A stretch of DNA of 64,000 nt from NCBI GenBank assembly GCA_964234715.1, contig OZ174279.1; one strand, written 5' to 3'. Source of the DNA: Podarcis melisellensis (taxonomy: Eukaryota). A program made the position numbers and the translations under genes. The notes beneath the pieces were generated by a model, which did not search any database, was not told where the DNA came from, and was given only the letters and a program-made list of their open reading frames with translations. Below, piece after piece: positions 24,178-37,426 of this stretch. The stretch's first letter is position 1; the number at the start of each line of letters is the position of its first letter.

Positions 24178-24398
24178 GAGGAAGGCCGTATCTCAATGGC
24201 AGAGCACCTGTCATGCATGCAACAGGTCTCAGGTTCAATCCCTAGCAGTGCTGTTGTTGTTATTAATTGAATTTATATATCCAGATACGGCTGGGAGAGA
24301 CTCGCACCTGAAAGCCTGGAGAACTACTCCCTTTCTGTGCAAGCAATGCTGAACTAGATGGAGAAAAATGTAACTTGCTATAAGGCATCTTACTATGA
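24178..24398 (+). mobile_element. tRNA-derived squamate SINE
   Basis: A-box-like tatctcaatgg and B-box ggttcaatccc, then a body ending ...gaactagatgga...tataaggcatcttactatg. Confidence 0.65.
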
Positions 24399-25539
24399 CT
24401 CAACTTTCTGAGTTCCAGGAAAAATTGGGTGCAGCTTGGTTTAGGAAGAATGGAGGATCAATTCTAGAGCTCCTTGCAGCCATCCCAGTGTCCTCGGGGA
24501 ATTTGTGAAGCAACTGGCTCCATTGCTCTGCTGAGAGGCAGTATTGGGTAATGGGGGATCAACCCTTTTTTTCTGAGACAGCATTAATGTGTTGCTAATG
24601 ATCTGGGATTTTTAATGGGTGGCCTAGATGAAAGAACTAATCCTACAGTGCTTGACCCTTCCCAGCCGGCGACCCCATACCACCAAAGGAAATAGATGGG
24701 GATAGCTGCTCACTCCTTCCCTCTCTGCTTAGAAAGGGTCACAACCTCCCAATGCCCATTTGTGATCTCCCCCCAAAGGTCACGACCCTCGGAATAAATG
24801 TGTTGGCCAAAGGAACGAACACTCCGGATGTTGGCAGGGAGGAGAGGAGATTTTATTCTTTCCCATCTTAATTAGTCTGCTTTGATTGACTAAAATTCTG
24901 GGCACCCGAAAGGGCCTTAGTTTTGTAAGAGCCCTCAAGAAGAAATACCTTCTCATCAGGGACATACAGTTCTGCAGCCCAAGCTCTGAGCCCTTTAGTC
25001 AAAGCAAGGACTGAGCCATTGTCTAAGATCCATTGAGCAGAAGGGAATATATGACTCAACGTCATTCTCCAACCACTGGGAAAGCTCTGTGGTGATTGGG
25101 AATGGAGGGTCTTTTGGGGGGAAGAAATACTGGATGTGACCCCAGGCAGAGGTCGGCTGTGTGTCTGAAAGATTTAGCCCTGGTTGACAGTGTCTAATTG
25201 TTTTTCATTAATTGTGACACACAGTGAATGGCAGGGCCTTATGGTCATGTTGGGGTGCTGCATGAGACTCTGAAGCCCTTTCCTGCCAATCTTTGCTATG
25301 ACAAATGTTTCTTTTTCTACCTGATGCTCAGTAAGGTGCCCCAAATCAGATATCTTCCCGTGGACCAAGGACAGGCAGTGCAAGGGACTGCAGGCTTTCA
25401 AGCTTTACCATACAGGCAGATTGAACATGGTCACTGCTTTCCTTTGACTGCTATTGTTCAGTTATAAGGAGGTGCAATGCATTTTTAATTGGGTGATTGC
25501 ATAATTGCAAATTTTCTTTTTATAGATATATAAAAAGTA

Positions 25540-26537
<998 letters not shown>

Positions 26538-27795
26538 GCCCCACCTTATCTAGCATTTCACTCAACATTGGCCAACTAGGTGCCTATGAGAAGCCTGCAA
26601 GTCATACCATGGTTAAGAGTATATGGCTAGTATTGGAGGTCCAAAGTTCAATTCTTGCCCAGCCTTGAAGCTCACTTATGGGTAGGCTTAACGTATTATT
26701 AAAGAACAGAATTGCCAAACATATAGAAGAACAAGTCTTGCTACAAGCAGACAAAAACAGTGGGGCTTCCATAAGAAGAGCCAGCACGGCTACCTATTAG
26801 GTTTTGCTGTTGGTATTATGATACAATACGGAAAAGGCTGAACTCTATGTGATGCGTTTTCCAATACCATAGGCTCTACTTCTTACTCAGCAAAGAGTTC
26901 TAGGAATCCATTCTAAATCGCATGAAAACTTCTTTATTTTTGCATTTTACTGGACAGGATCTTCTTATGGGCTACCAATTGCAAGGTCCTCAATACCAGA
27001 TATGTCATGGCATTTCCAGTGTTGGGGAACTAGCATTTGATATTTGTGTGACCCCCTGGAGCCATCTCTTCTGCTCTTCCATCATTCAACAGGTCTAATA
27101 TGGTATGAACATCCTCTGATGCAGGTTGTCTAAGACCAAACCAATTCTGTTTTCTCTTCAAGCAGATTCTGGCCCTGTCTCTTTAAAACAGTCAGTATGA
27201 GAGCTTAAAACTACCTTTAATGGAAAGCTCAGTGATGGAAAAAATGCCCTGTGAAAACATGGGGCTAAACCTACAACTTATGCAAGGGTTACGTTCCAGG
27301 GGTCGCACCCTCAAGCCAAGATCACGTAGAAGCAGAACACATTGGGTGCAATGGTGGATAGGATTGTCAAAGTCCCTTTTCCTGGATTCCACCCCCTTTC
27401 CATTTAAAATATATATATTTTGCCAAACGCATAAAGCTGAATGTGTGTAAGTTGCAGGCTTACTGTACCAATTCTCTGCTTGTGACGTATGTTGCACAAC
27501 TCTGTTGAAAAAGCAGGGGTTTGATTAAAATGGGGCTGCCTCATAGACGAGTTCCCTGCCTTCATATTCAGCACCTCAGCTTAGATATAGAGATATTAAT
27601 CGGAAATCCTTGGGAGGGAGGTCAGCAAATTGCCATTTCCCATCCCTCCTCTGTTTAAATTAGTTTCAGACCAGTAGCTGCTTCCTGTGGCTATTGGATT
27701 CTTAGCACTTGTCTCTCCAACATCTTACCCTGCTGCACCCCACTGACAAGTATTCTCCACTGTAGGAGAGAGAGATACCTAAGATCTGTGGGAAA

Positions 27796-27809
27796 GCAGT
27801 AGATGGCAG
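27796..27809 (+). promoter_or_regulatory. Candidate CTCF core motif
   Basis: GCAGTAGATGGCAG matches CCASYAGRKGGCRS at 13/14 positions; motif only. Confidence 0.35.
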
Positions 27810-28295
27810 CTCCTGTGGTCCCCCTCCCATCTGAATTTCATTAGAAGCACCTTCTGGCCAACCAGTTTCTCATTAATAATGGAATTGTTCAGAGCAGGTG
27901 CTCATCTGTGTGTCTGTTGAATCTTTGTTTACTGTTAACTGTTCACTTGCAAGGGATTTAAACACCATTGGCCAGGAGTAATTTACTATCCTGTGGCACT
28001 GCAGGATATATTTTTCTCCTTTCAGAGTTGGTACACCAAAGTGTTTACAATTCAGTATGCAACATATCTCTCTCTGTGGCTCAGCACATAGACATGGGAC
28101 AGTAGTTTTCCTGGCTGTTGGTCCAAAGGCTTTCTTCACATTCAACACTCTTCAAGCAGACTGTGTTGTTTTGCTTGCAGTTAAACATCCAAGAGTAGTC
28201 TGTTGAAACTTGCTGCGAATTCTGCCTTCTCCTCTTTGAAATGCCCTTCCTCCAGTGCTTGGAACCACCAGAAGCTAGAGGCTAATTCTATATAA

Positions 28296-28664
28296 GTAAA
28301 GGTAAAGGTACCCCTGACCAACAGGTCCAGTCGTGACCGACTCTGGGGTTGCGTGCTCGTCTCACTCAAGAGGCCGGGAGCTGGCTCTTGTCCGAAGAAA
28401 AGCTTCCGGGTCACGTGGCTAGCGTGACTAAGCCACAGCTGGCAAGATAGCACCAGCGCAGCACACGGAAACGCCGTTTACCTTCCCGCTGGACAGCGGT
28501 CCCTATTTATCTACTCACACTTTGACGTGCTTTCGAACTGCTAGGTGGGCAGGAGCTGGGACCGAGCAACGGGAGCTCACCCTGTCACAGGGATTCGAAC
28601 CGCCGACCTTTCGATCAGCAAGTCCTAGGCTCTGTGGTTTAACCCACAGTGCCACCCGTGTCCC
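28296..28664 (-). mobile_element. Sauria SINE, full length, young
   Basis: Minus strand starts GGGACACGGGTGGCACTGTGG (A box), has B box GGTTCGAATCCC and an (ACCTTT)n tail; perfect 13-bp TSD TAATTCTATATAA (28283-28295 and 28665-28677). Confidence 0.93.
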
Positions 28665-29542
28665 TAATTCTATATAAAGGAAAGCTAATAACCGATACCT
28701 CCAGACCAACTATCAAATTGTGATGCTGAAATGTACAATTGCAGCTGTGCATATTCCTATGCCCGAAGTAAGTATATTGATCTACAGCTGAGGATTTTAT
28801 TCATTTTAGTACCTTTTGGCCTGGTTTCCCCTCCTCCTCTTACATTTTTAGTACCTCACTGCTTGCTTTGAACATTTAAATTGCAAGCAATGCTGGGGTG
28901 ACCTGGAACACAGCTGGAGCCTCTCCGAAAGCATCAGTTTTGCATATGAAATGCACAATCTCTTTCTCTTCCTCTTTGCTCTGCTGCTTCTGAGGCTGTC
29001 TAACATTTTGTCAAGACGGAGCAGCCCAAAAGCTATGTTGCTGTTTCAGATTCCCCGAACGTCTTTCATAGCAACTGTTGGGTGTCCAGCTTCTTTGTAT
29101 TGCAGGAGAAGTCTCGCCCACACCTCATAACTCTTCCCCGCTTCCAATGCAGAGTCTTAAGAACCCAGCAGCCAGGAACGTCACCTGACCCTTATCAAGA
29201 ACGGCTTGATGCAAACACTCAGAGAATGCGAAATCCACCAGGGCACCTAAGATAGATAGGGGTGCCAGTGTCAGATTTTGAATGGACGTTTATCTTTTAA
29301 GAGCTACATAAAAAGGAAAGCTATACCTAGTGTAACTTCCCCTGTCACTAGGTTGCAGTGATGGGGGAAGTTGCACATCATAGAATTTCTCCTCCACTTT
29401 CTTATATGCAACTCTTAAAAGAACAGGATGTCCTGTGGTGAGGCAAGGCCCAACCTGGGTATAAGACGAGGCAAGGTTAAGGACTGGAGACAGAGTTATG
29501 AAGTTGCTTCTGTGGATAACAAACTGAATCGAGCCCTTCTAG

Positions 29543-29678
29543 CAGGCATGGTCAAACTTGGCCCTCCAGATGTTTTGGGACTACAACTCCCATCATCCCT
29601 AGCTAACAGGACCAGTGGTCAGGGATGATGGGAATTGTAGTCCCAAAACATCTGGAGGGCCAAGTTTGGCCATGCCTG
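29543..29678. mobile_element. hAT MITE, 136 bp, near-palindromic
   Basis: Long TIRs starting CAGGCATGG(T/C)CAAACTTGGCCCTCCAGATGTTTTGGGACTACAA; TSD CCTTCTAG/CCTTATAG (7/8). Confidence 0.92.
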
Positions 29679-29879
29679 CCTTATAGAGTAGTAGCAGCAG
29701 CAGCAGGTGCAGCTCAATTGTTAGTCCCACCTGAACTACAAGATGCTGGTCTACTGAAGAAGGCTGGATCCCTTTAAGTAATCTACTGCAATGGAGCAAG
29801 GAGCTTCAGTCTCGTGCAGTGGAATCCTGCAAATATTTTAATAATGGACATGCACTCTTACCCTTGGGCCAGGACAGTA

Positions 29880-30065
29880 CTAGAGAAAAGCTTGCTGGAT
29901 CAGGCCCATGGCCCATCTAATCCATCATTCTCTTCTTACACTGGCCAACCAGATGCCCATGAGAGGACCAAAAGCAGGTCCCAAATACAACAGCACCCTC
30001 TCTGCTTGTGGTTCCCAGCTACCCATCACCCGGCAAAGAGGAATCTTGACTGTTGACACAGGAGC
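29880..30065 (-). mobile_element. CR1 3'-end fragment
   Basis: Matches the recurrent motif gctggatcaggcc..ggcccatcta.tcca.cat.ct..tct..cac.ggccaacca, also seen at 34610-34800. Confidence 0.6.
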
Positions 30066-31039
30066 TTTCTATGGGGCCTGGGTGATGACCTTTCAATGTG
30101 AAGGTCAGACAGGCCTCTTCCAGTTTGGCTCCTTACGGCTTTGTGAATAAACTTCCTAAACAGCACTGGGGGGGGGGGGTAGCCAATGAAATGTCCGCCA
30201 GATGTTGTTGTATTCCATAGCCAGGAATGACAGGAGTTGTAGCTCATCAACCTCTGGAGGGCACCATATTTTGGCTACCCTTGCTAAAGAGGAGATAGGA
30301 CAGGGGAGCAGACTGCAATGAAAGTGATGGTAGAACACGAAAACAGTGCCTTGGAGATCATTGCCTTGGAGAGCCCAGGCCCACCATTCCAATCATCCCT
30401 GTTTGCAAAATCATGCAGCATTGGAGGTGAATGTTCCACCACATCTATTTGGTTTATGAGGCGAAAAGGGTTGTTTCGCCTTGACTTCTAAAAGCACTCT
30501 CTAAGCTTCAGTTATTTCGAATTCTTGAGAAGGCTGCAGGGTAAAGTATTTAAAACAGCACTGGCAGATGTGGAGAGAGAGAGTGTGTATATAGATCAAG
30601 GGAGGGGAACCTGTGGCTCTCCAGGTGTTGCTGAACTACACCTCCCATCATCCTTAATCATTGGCTATGTGGACTGGGGCTGATGGGAGCTGAAGTCCAA
30701 CAACATCTGAAGGGCTACATTGAACCTTGTTTTTACTCAAGGGAAATTCGCTCTTTAGTGCTGGGATAAGTGCTTGCATTTTTGGACTTGTATAATGTAA
30801 GAGTTAGTTCCCATTCTAGAATGGGTATTCACTTTCGCCTTGTGCAACTTGGCTGCTGCTACTGATTGTATCTAGTTTTCCTTCTGCTGCTACACACTGT
30901 GGATGGGAATGGAGTTTTGATAGAAGAAGGGAGATGATATTTTGCAACCACTTAATTCAAGCCCTTCCTTGGGCAGGCAGCCGTGGAGAACTTTCAGTAG
31001 CTGTCTGGCTACATGCTAGACTGATTCTTTGATAATATG

Positions 31040-31367
31040 CAGAGTTAGTCTCTTGCAGCAATAAAGTCTTGCAGCACCTTAGAGCTGAAGGCTTAGACGA
31101 ACAGATTTATTGTAGCATAATAAGCTTTTGTGGGCTACAATCAGGTGCGCAAAGTGTTGTCCTGAGTTGCAGGATGTGTGTGAGGTTGGTTGGGATGGTT
31201 GCCTGTCTGTGGGGGAGGGAGTGTTCACAGTTGTGTCCTCCCCCCAACCCCCTCCCCTATCTATGTGTGTATAATACACACACAGCTCAGGATTACGCTT
31301 CATTTATAAATAAAGTGGGCTCTGTTCTTACGCCGTAATAAATTTGTTAGTCTTTCAGATGCAGCAA
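31040..31367. mobile_element. Penelope-derived element with two inverted pseudo-LTR ends carrying decayed hammerhead ribozyme motifs
   Basis: Left (minus): cacctgat..tgtagcccacaaaagctta..tgctacaataaatctgtt..ctctaaggtgctgcaagac. Right (plus): aagtgggctctg..cttacgccgtaataaatttgttagtctttc. Both resemble sauropsid PLE pLTR ends. Confidence 0.65.
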
Positions 31368-33394
31368 ATGTGAATGGTCCCTTCACATATTCTCACTCTA
31401 AACAGGATTAATTTGCTTCAGATGTGCATAATTTTGTAATCGCATACAGCATGTGACCCCTGATGGGTTGAGGATCCCTGAGGAGGAATGAAATTGGGGG
31501 TGGGGAAGGAATGACCACTGAAGCAGCAGCAGCAAGGGCAGAGGAGGCTTTGAATAGTAGTGAACAGCCATGAAAAAAAGGTTGGATTTGGGGCAACTGC
31601 AATCTGGGAAACAGTAAAACATTTGGTAAAAAGTTAATGGGGTCTTGCTTATCACCCTATTATATCTAGATCTATCTCCATTTCCTTACTTTACTGTTGC
31701 TCATCAAACCTGACCCAGGACTCCTGTTGTTCCACCCCCAATTTATGCCCATCAATTCTTTTTCAGCATGCATGAACCCTGGTCCACCTTTTGCAACGTC
31801 TTTTCCTTTTGAGGTTTTCAGCACTGCCAGATCAGTACTGAAACTGACCTTTCTTCTTCTTCAAGTACTTGTAGATTAGATGTTGGACCTGGACCAGGGG
31901 ATTACTATTTCTGTACATTTTGGAATTTTGTAAGCTGTGCAACTTTGTTGCTCGGTTCATTTGTTTTTTAAAACATGGTCTGCGATATTTTATGCATTGT
32001 GACTTTGCTGTTATTTTTATTTGTTATAGTCTAGTAGTGATTTTGTGTAAAGATCATTGTGGGGAGAGATTTTCTGTTTAATTATTTGCTGATTTTAACA
32101 GTTGCTTTTGTCATGTAATAGATTTCAAGCAGATTATTGAATATTACTTTAATTGATTGACATGCTTATTTTTATCGACTTGTCACATTTTTCATTATGA
32201 TTTATTTGCCTTGGATCTGATGGTTTTAGGGTGTGTGATCTTGGTTGTATATTTTGTTGTTTCTGTGGCTTGTAAACTGCCTTGTGTTCAGCAATGTAGA
32301 AAGGTGGTATACAAATTAGGAATAAAATGAAAAGAGTCTTTGTTGTTGTCTATAATATAGTGGTAGGACCTGTGGGCTTGAGCTGCACTGTGGTGCTTAG
32401 CACAAGGCTGTGTATAGAAGGGAAGGAGATGAAATCTTTGTTTCCTAAAATGTTCATTTCCGTCATGTATCTGCCAAGGTCTAGTATGGTGATTGATGAG
32501 ATGAAATAACCAAGAGGCATTTCTGCTTCTTATCGGTGCGAGTTCTGCAGTGTGTACTTTTTTAAGAGCCTGTGCCTCCAAATCAAGGATGGGGGAAAAA
32601 ACTGTGGCCCTTTGGTTGTTGTTTGGCTAAAGCTCCCATCAATCCCACACTAGAATGATAGTGTGATAGGAGTTGCAGTCCAGCAACATCTGATTCCCCA
32701 TCCCTGTTCTAAACAGAGAAGCAGCCCAGGGAGATTAAGGTAACCAAGGAAGTGGCTCTGTGCCAGACTGAAAATGGGTAGGCCTCCCTTCCTCAACTCC
32801 CTGGTAGTTAGAAAGAACAGAGTGGAGAGTTTAGTTGTGTGCAAGCTAGAAACTAGAATCAGGCCGGGAAGTTAGGGCGTCAGAGCCATGCCTGATTTCT
32901 GCTTGAATCCAAGCTATGTGGCTATGGGAGAAACAAGACCCTGTCTCTTGTTCTAAAGGAAACACAAACCCTGGGTAAGCACCTGGAACCTCTGGAATTT
33001 AGCACTGCTCAGAGATTGGGGTAGCATGCAACGTTACTATCCTACAGAAAGAAGCATCTTCAGAGACAAGCTGTCATTTACTCCTGTTGGATAGTTTGTC
33101 AGCGAGGGAATATACAGGTAATATAAATTAAAACAAATGAATGTTTCATACCAGTTATTCTAAAAGGTGCTTGTTTGCAAGAATCTGAAAAGTACATTTG
33201 AGACAATAATAAGCTCCATTTAAATCATGCCCTTTTCAATACATCCCTCCCTGGGTTTGGAAGTACACAGAGGTAAGGATAGATAGCTTTTTATCTTTAC
33301 ATGCCTGCTTTTTTCTTATTCTTTTTGGTAGCAAATCAGGTGGTGGCAATATCCAGGTGTTTGGGTTTTTTTGCTTTGATAACATGAGCATAAG

Positions 33395-33800
33395 GAATCA
33401 ATTGTACACAAAGAACTATGGGAGACAAGAGTCCTAAGAGGAGAGGCAGCAAGAGTTGGGTATATCTATTCAGGAGAAGAGATTAGTAAGAGGTTATGTC
33501 ATAGCTATCTTCAAATATCTGAAGGGCTGTGACATAGATTATTTGTTTTCCACTGCTCCTGAGGGGAGGGCCCAAACTAACAGGTTCAAATTACAAGATG
33601 GAGAATTTTGATTAAACATTAGAAAGAACTTTTCAACAGTAGGGGAACAGGCTGCCTTGGAAGGTGGTGGACTCTCTTGTTCGTTATAAGTTTTTAAAGC
33701 ACTGGTTGGGTGAGCACCTCTCAGGATTGCTACCATCCAGAGGAAGCAGACCCACTGGATGACATTTCTGGCCCCTTCCATCTCTCTTCATTCTGTAATG
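33395..33800 (+). mobile_element. CR1 LINE 3' fragment (end of ORF2 and 3' UTR)
   Basis: Typical CR1 end: gagttgggtatatctattcaggagaagagatta..atcttcaaatatctgaagggctgt..aacattagaaagaacttt..ggatgac..ggccccttcca..ttct. Confidence 0.8.
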
Positions 33801-34609
33801 TCTTTTAATGAGGAGTCATCTAGTCAACTATCAATAGAAGGAAGTTTGTATACATGCATAGGGATGGAAACACTTTACTTTCAATATATGTTCCAGCCAA
33901 CATCAAATCTGTCTCCAACAATCACAGGCTGTGGGAAAATAATTCAAGGGCCTTGGGGAAATAGTTGGGGGGAGGGAATGGCAACCAGTACATTAAAGAA
34001 GCTGAGGTCAGAGTGGAGGTTTTCAGGCTGCTTGCTTAGTGATCAATGCCAGTGCTAGAGCTGGTGCTAGAGGCGAGCAAACAGGGTGATTGCACTCAGT
34101 GCCACATCACAGCATGCATCTTTGGTGTGTGCTGAACCTCTATCCTTAAAAGATTCCAAATCCTGAACAATCCTGCTGGATGGGGAGGCCATATGATTTT
34201 ACTGGGGGCCTTGAAGAGAGAAGACAGATGTGCGATTCTAAACGTGGCAGAAGCAATCTAATACTGTTTCCACTGCTCTAAGGGTTGATCCAGCATGCAG
34301 TTTGTTAATAGGCAGATCTTTAATTAATTAAAGCTGCAAAACTGCACTCGCACAACAGATAGTCACTACAGCTTTTCCCCCCCCCTTCACTGCTGGTAAC
34401 ACTTTTTAATGCCTCCCACATCTGACTTAGGGAATTGCTGCAACTTGGCAAGTGGCTTTGAACAAATGACCTACCGAGCTGCAGTTAATATGTGAGAACG
34501 GTAATACTGAGTTGAAAATGACCTATTGGCAACGTTCCATAGGTGTTTCTATGTTAAATTGTTATATTTTATCATTGCAATCTGTGACCCTCCAGATGTT
34601 GCTGGCCTA

Positions 34610-34800
34610 CATAAGGATCAGGCCAAAGGCTTATCTAGTCCAACATCCTGTTCTCACAGTGGCCAACTAGATGTCTGAGAAAATTCAAGCAAGCAGGGCA
34701 TGAGTGTAAGAGCACTCACCTCACTTGCGATTTCCAACAACCTGTATTCAGAGGCATCCTACCTCAGACAGTCGAGGTAGAACATTTCCATCCTGGCATC
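34610..34800 (-). mobile_element. CR1 3'-end fragment
   Basis: Same family as 29880-30065. Confidence 0.6.
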
Positions 34801-35034
34801 CATTAATGTGTCTCATCCTAGCAATTTGGTGTTATGAGCAAGCTTTGCTGCCTCACTGTTAACCCCTAACTCTAGAACATTTATGAACAAGTTTAAAAGT
34901 GCAGGTTCCGATACTGATACTTAAGGGGACTCCACTCTTTACATCCCTCCACTTCTTCTTCAGGAAGGTTTAGACCAAATACTGATCCACAAGAGAAGTT
35001 CTCTTCTTATGCCACAACTGCTAAGATTATTCAG

Positions 35035-35290
35035 GTGTCTTTGGTGAAGGGCAATATCAAAAGCTTTGTGAAAGTCTAAGTACACAGTGTCAACTGGATC
35101 ACCTCTGCCTATGTGTTTGTTGACATGCTCAAAGAACTCTAAAAAAAGTTAGCGAAAGAGGACGTCATGCTGGTTCTGCTTCAGCAAAGCTCATTATTCT
35201 ATATGCCTGGCATTTTTATCTTTTATAATGCTTTCCACCAGTTTTCACAGAACAGATGTTAAGGTAACCAGCCAATAATTTCCTGGATCC
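35035..35290 (-). mobile_element. CR1 reverse transcriptase fragment
   Basis: Minus strand encodes LLKQNQH..LEFFEHVNKHIGRGDPVDTVYLDFHKAFD (CR1 RT motif YLDFxKAFD). Confidence 0.85.
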
Positions 35291-36998
35291 CTCCCCCCCC
35301 CACTTTCTCGTCCTCAGGTAAAGATGCAAAAGAGTACCCTCACAAACTTTTTACTCCCTTGTTATCCAGATGTCCAGGCTCCTCCCTAGGTGGTCTCCAG
35401 CTTCTCATGTATCTAAAGATTTGTGGTGGCGGTCTTTGTTTTTAACAGCATGCTCTTCTACTTTTTAAAATATGTATCCTTCATTGTCCACTTGCATTCT
35501 TTTGCTAAAGTTTGTGTTTCTTTCCGTTCTCATTTGGACAAGGCTTCCATTTTCTGAAGGAAGTCTTCTTGCCTCTGTGGAAAGCCACCTCACTTCATAT
35601 GTGGAGAACCAGCTTCTATATACCAGCACTTATTCACCTGGTGGGTGGAGAGGTTCCTATTTTGTTCCCACTCCCACCATTGTACTCACATTTCAAAACC
35701 TGCCACCGCTGTGTATCTCTGCTCTGCTGGTTTACCAAAGCCTTAATCCATAGTTGTGGTATTTTAGATATGGTACAAAACCAGCCAGACCCGCTTTATA
35801 AGTAAATATGGGTGACCAAGAATTTCTACCCAGCAAGCGAATCAGAAGTTAAATTGTAGAATCCTTTAACTTGGCATAAAAATAACCCAGCTCTTCCAAA
35901 ATCAGTTTTATGCAGCTAAGCAACTGACAGCCACCAAGGGATACTTAACTCTTCACATAACCTCACATACACAAATTAACTCTTATATGTTGAATATAAA
36001 GCAAACACTGTCCCAGTAAACAAATTTTAAAATATGATTTCTCCACAGCCTCCAACAGCTTTGTTGATGTGGCTAACGTTTTATTGGCCTCGGTGGTACC
36101 TTTCCTGAGCTGCCATGTACAGTCCAGCTGATCTTCTGTTACTATCGTTTTGAACAAAATTATTTAAAATTTATTTTAAAGTATTTGAAACTCCAGCTCA
36201 CCCATCTTGGTTCGGGGGCTTCTGGTATTAGTATTTAAACACTTGCACATAGTGCCTCTCTCCAAATGTCTTTGGCACAAGGCATTTTGCTTTATGGCTC
36301 TTTAGCTTCTTATAATTGCTATTGTGTGCCCCTGGGCTCTCAGTGTATCATCCTACACCCTCCCCTATTTGAACCTGGCGTCTTTGGCCCTAACTATTGG
36401 CATCTATATCCCTAACAACATCTAAATCCCTAACTATTTCCCATGCTGTCTGGGGCTGATGGGATTTGCAGTCCAACAATACCTGGAGAGGCACAGGTTA
36501 TCCCCCTCCCCAAGCACAAACCATAATAGCCATGTTTCTGAACTTCTAATCTTTTTAACGAACGCTTGTGAACTAGTTGCGTTTTTTCCACAAATCGCTT
36601 TCAAAGCTGTCATCCAGCAAATATGCTTTGATCTAATGGCACTTGAGCAGCCAACATCAAAGTTAAATTAACACCTCCATCCCAAGAAACAGCAAAAGTG
36701 ATACAGTTGAATTGCATAGTTCAGGGCTGTAATTCCTCCCACACCTCTGACCACACATACTGTGGGGCCTCTGTGCACCCAGATGAAAGGTTTGAACCAA
36801 ATACATGCTGGTTTGCATTGGGTGTGTGAGTGTGAATGTGTATATCGGAATGGATGCCGGTTAAACTTTATGATGCCATTTATATGAAGCTGATTCTGCG
36901 ATATTTCAGCAATATTCCATGACTGCAGTAATTAGCGCACTTACTTAAACATGATGGTACCCACATATGTAATATAGGAACGCTTCTGGACTCACTGA

Positions 36999-37090
36999 CT
37001 GCACAGCCCTATACATGTCTTCTCAGAAATAAGTCCCAATTGAGTTTAATGGGGCTTAGCCCCATGTAAGCAGGTATAAAATTGCAATCT
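36999..37090. mobile_element. Short palindromic MITE-like repeat (related copies near 7680, 43950, 45950, 48175, 49450-49600, 53510, 56350-56530)
   Basis: Recurrent motif ..cctat.catg..tactcagaagtaag.cccattga.t.aatggggctta..ccca.gtaag..ggattgcag. Confidence 0.6.
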
Positions 37091-37291
37091 GAGTTATCCC
37101 AGATACTGGCCATAAAGCCCAGTCATATAGTGTGAACTTACCATTTAAAATGTTATAGCCACTGTTTGATCCAACATTTTTTAAAGCGAATTTGTAGCCA
37201 AATTTCCACACTAATGGTGGGTTGCTGCAGAACTGAGAAAAGTTCAGCGACTGTAGTCAGTCCCTTTATGTACCCTCATCTTCCTCTAGCC

Positions 37292-37426
37292 CAGGGTTTC
37301 CCAAACTTGGGTGTCCAGCTGCTTTTGACTACAGTTCTCATCATCCCTGGTCACTGGCCCTGCTAGCTAGTGATGATGGGAATTGTAGTCCAAAAAAAGC
37401 TAGAGCCCTAAGTTTGGGAAATCCTG
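37292..37426. mobile_element. hAT MITE
   Basis: TIR CAGG(G/A)TTTCCCAAACTT; TSD CTCTAGCC/GGCTAGCC (6/8). Confidence 0.85.
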
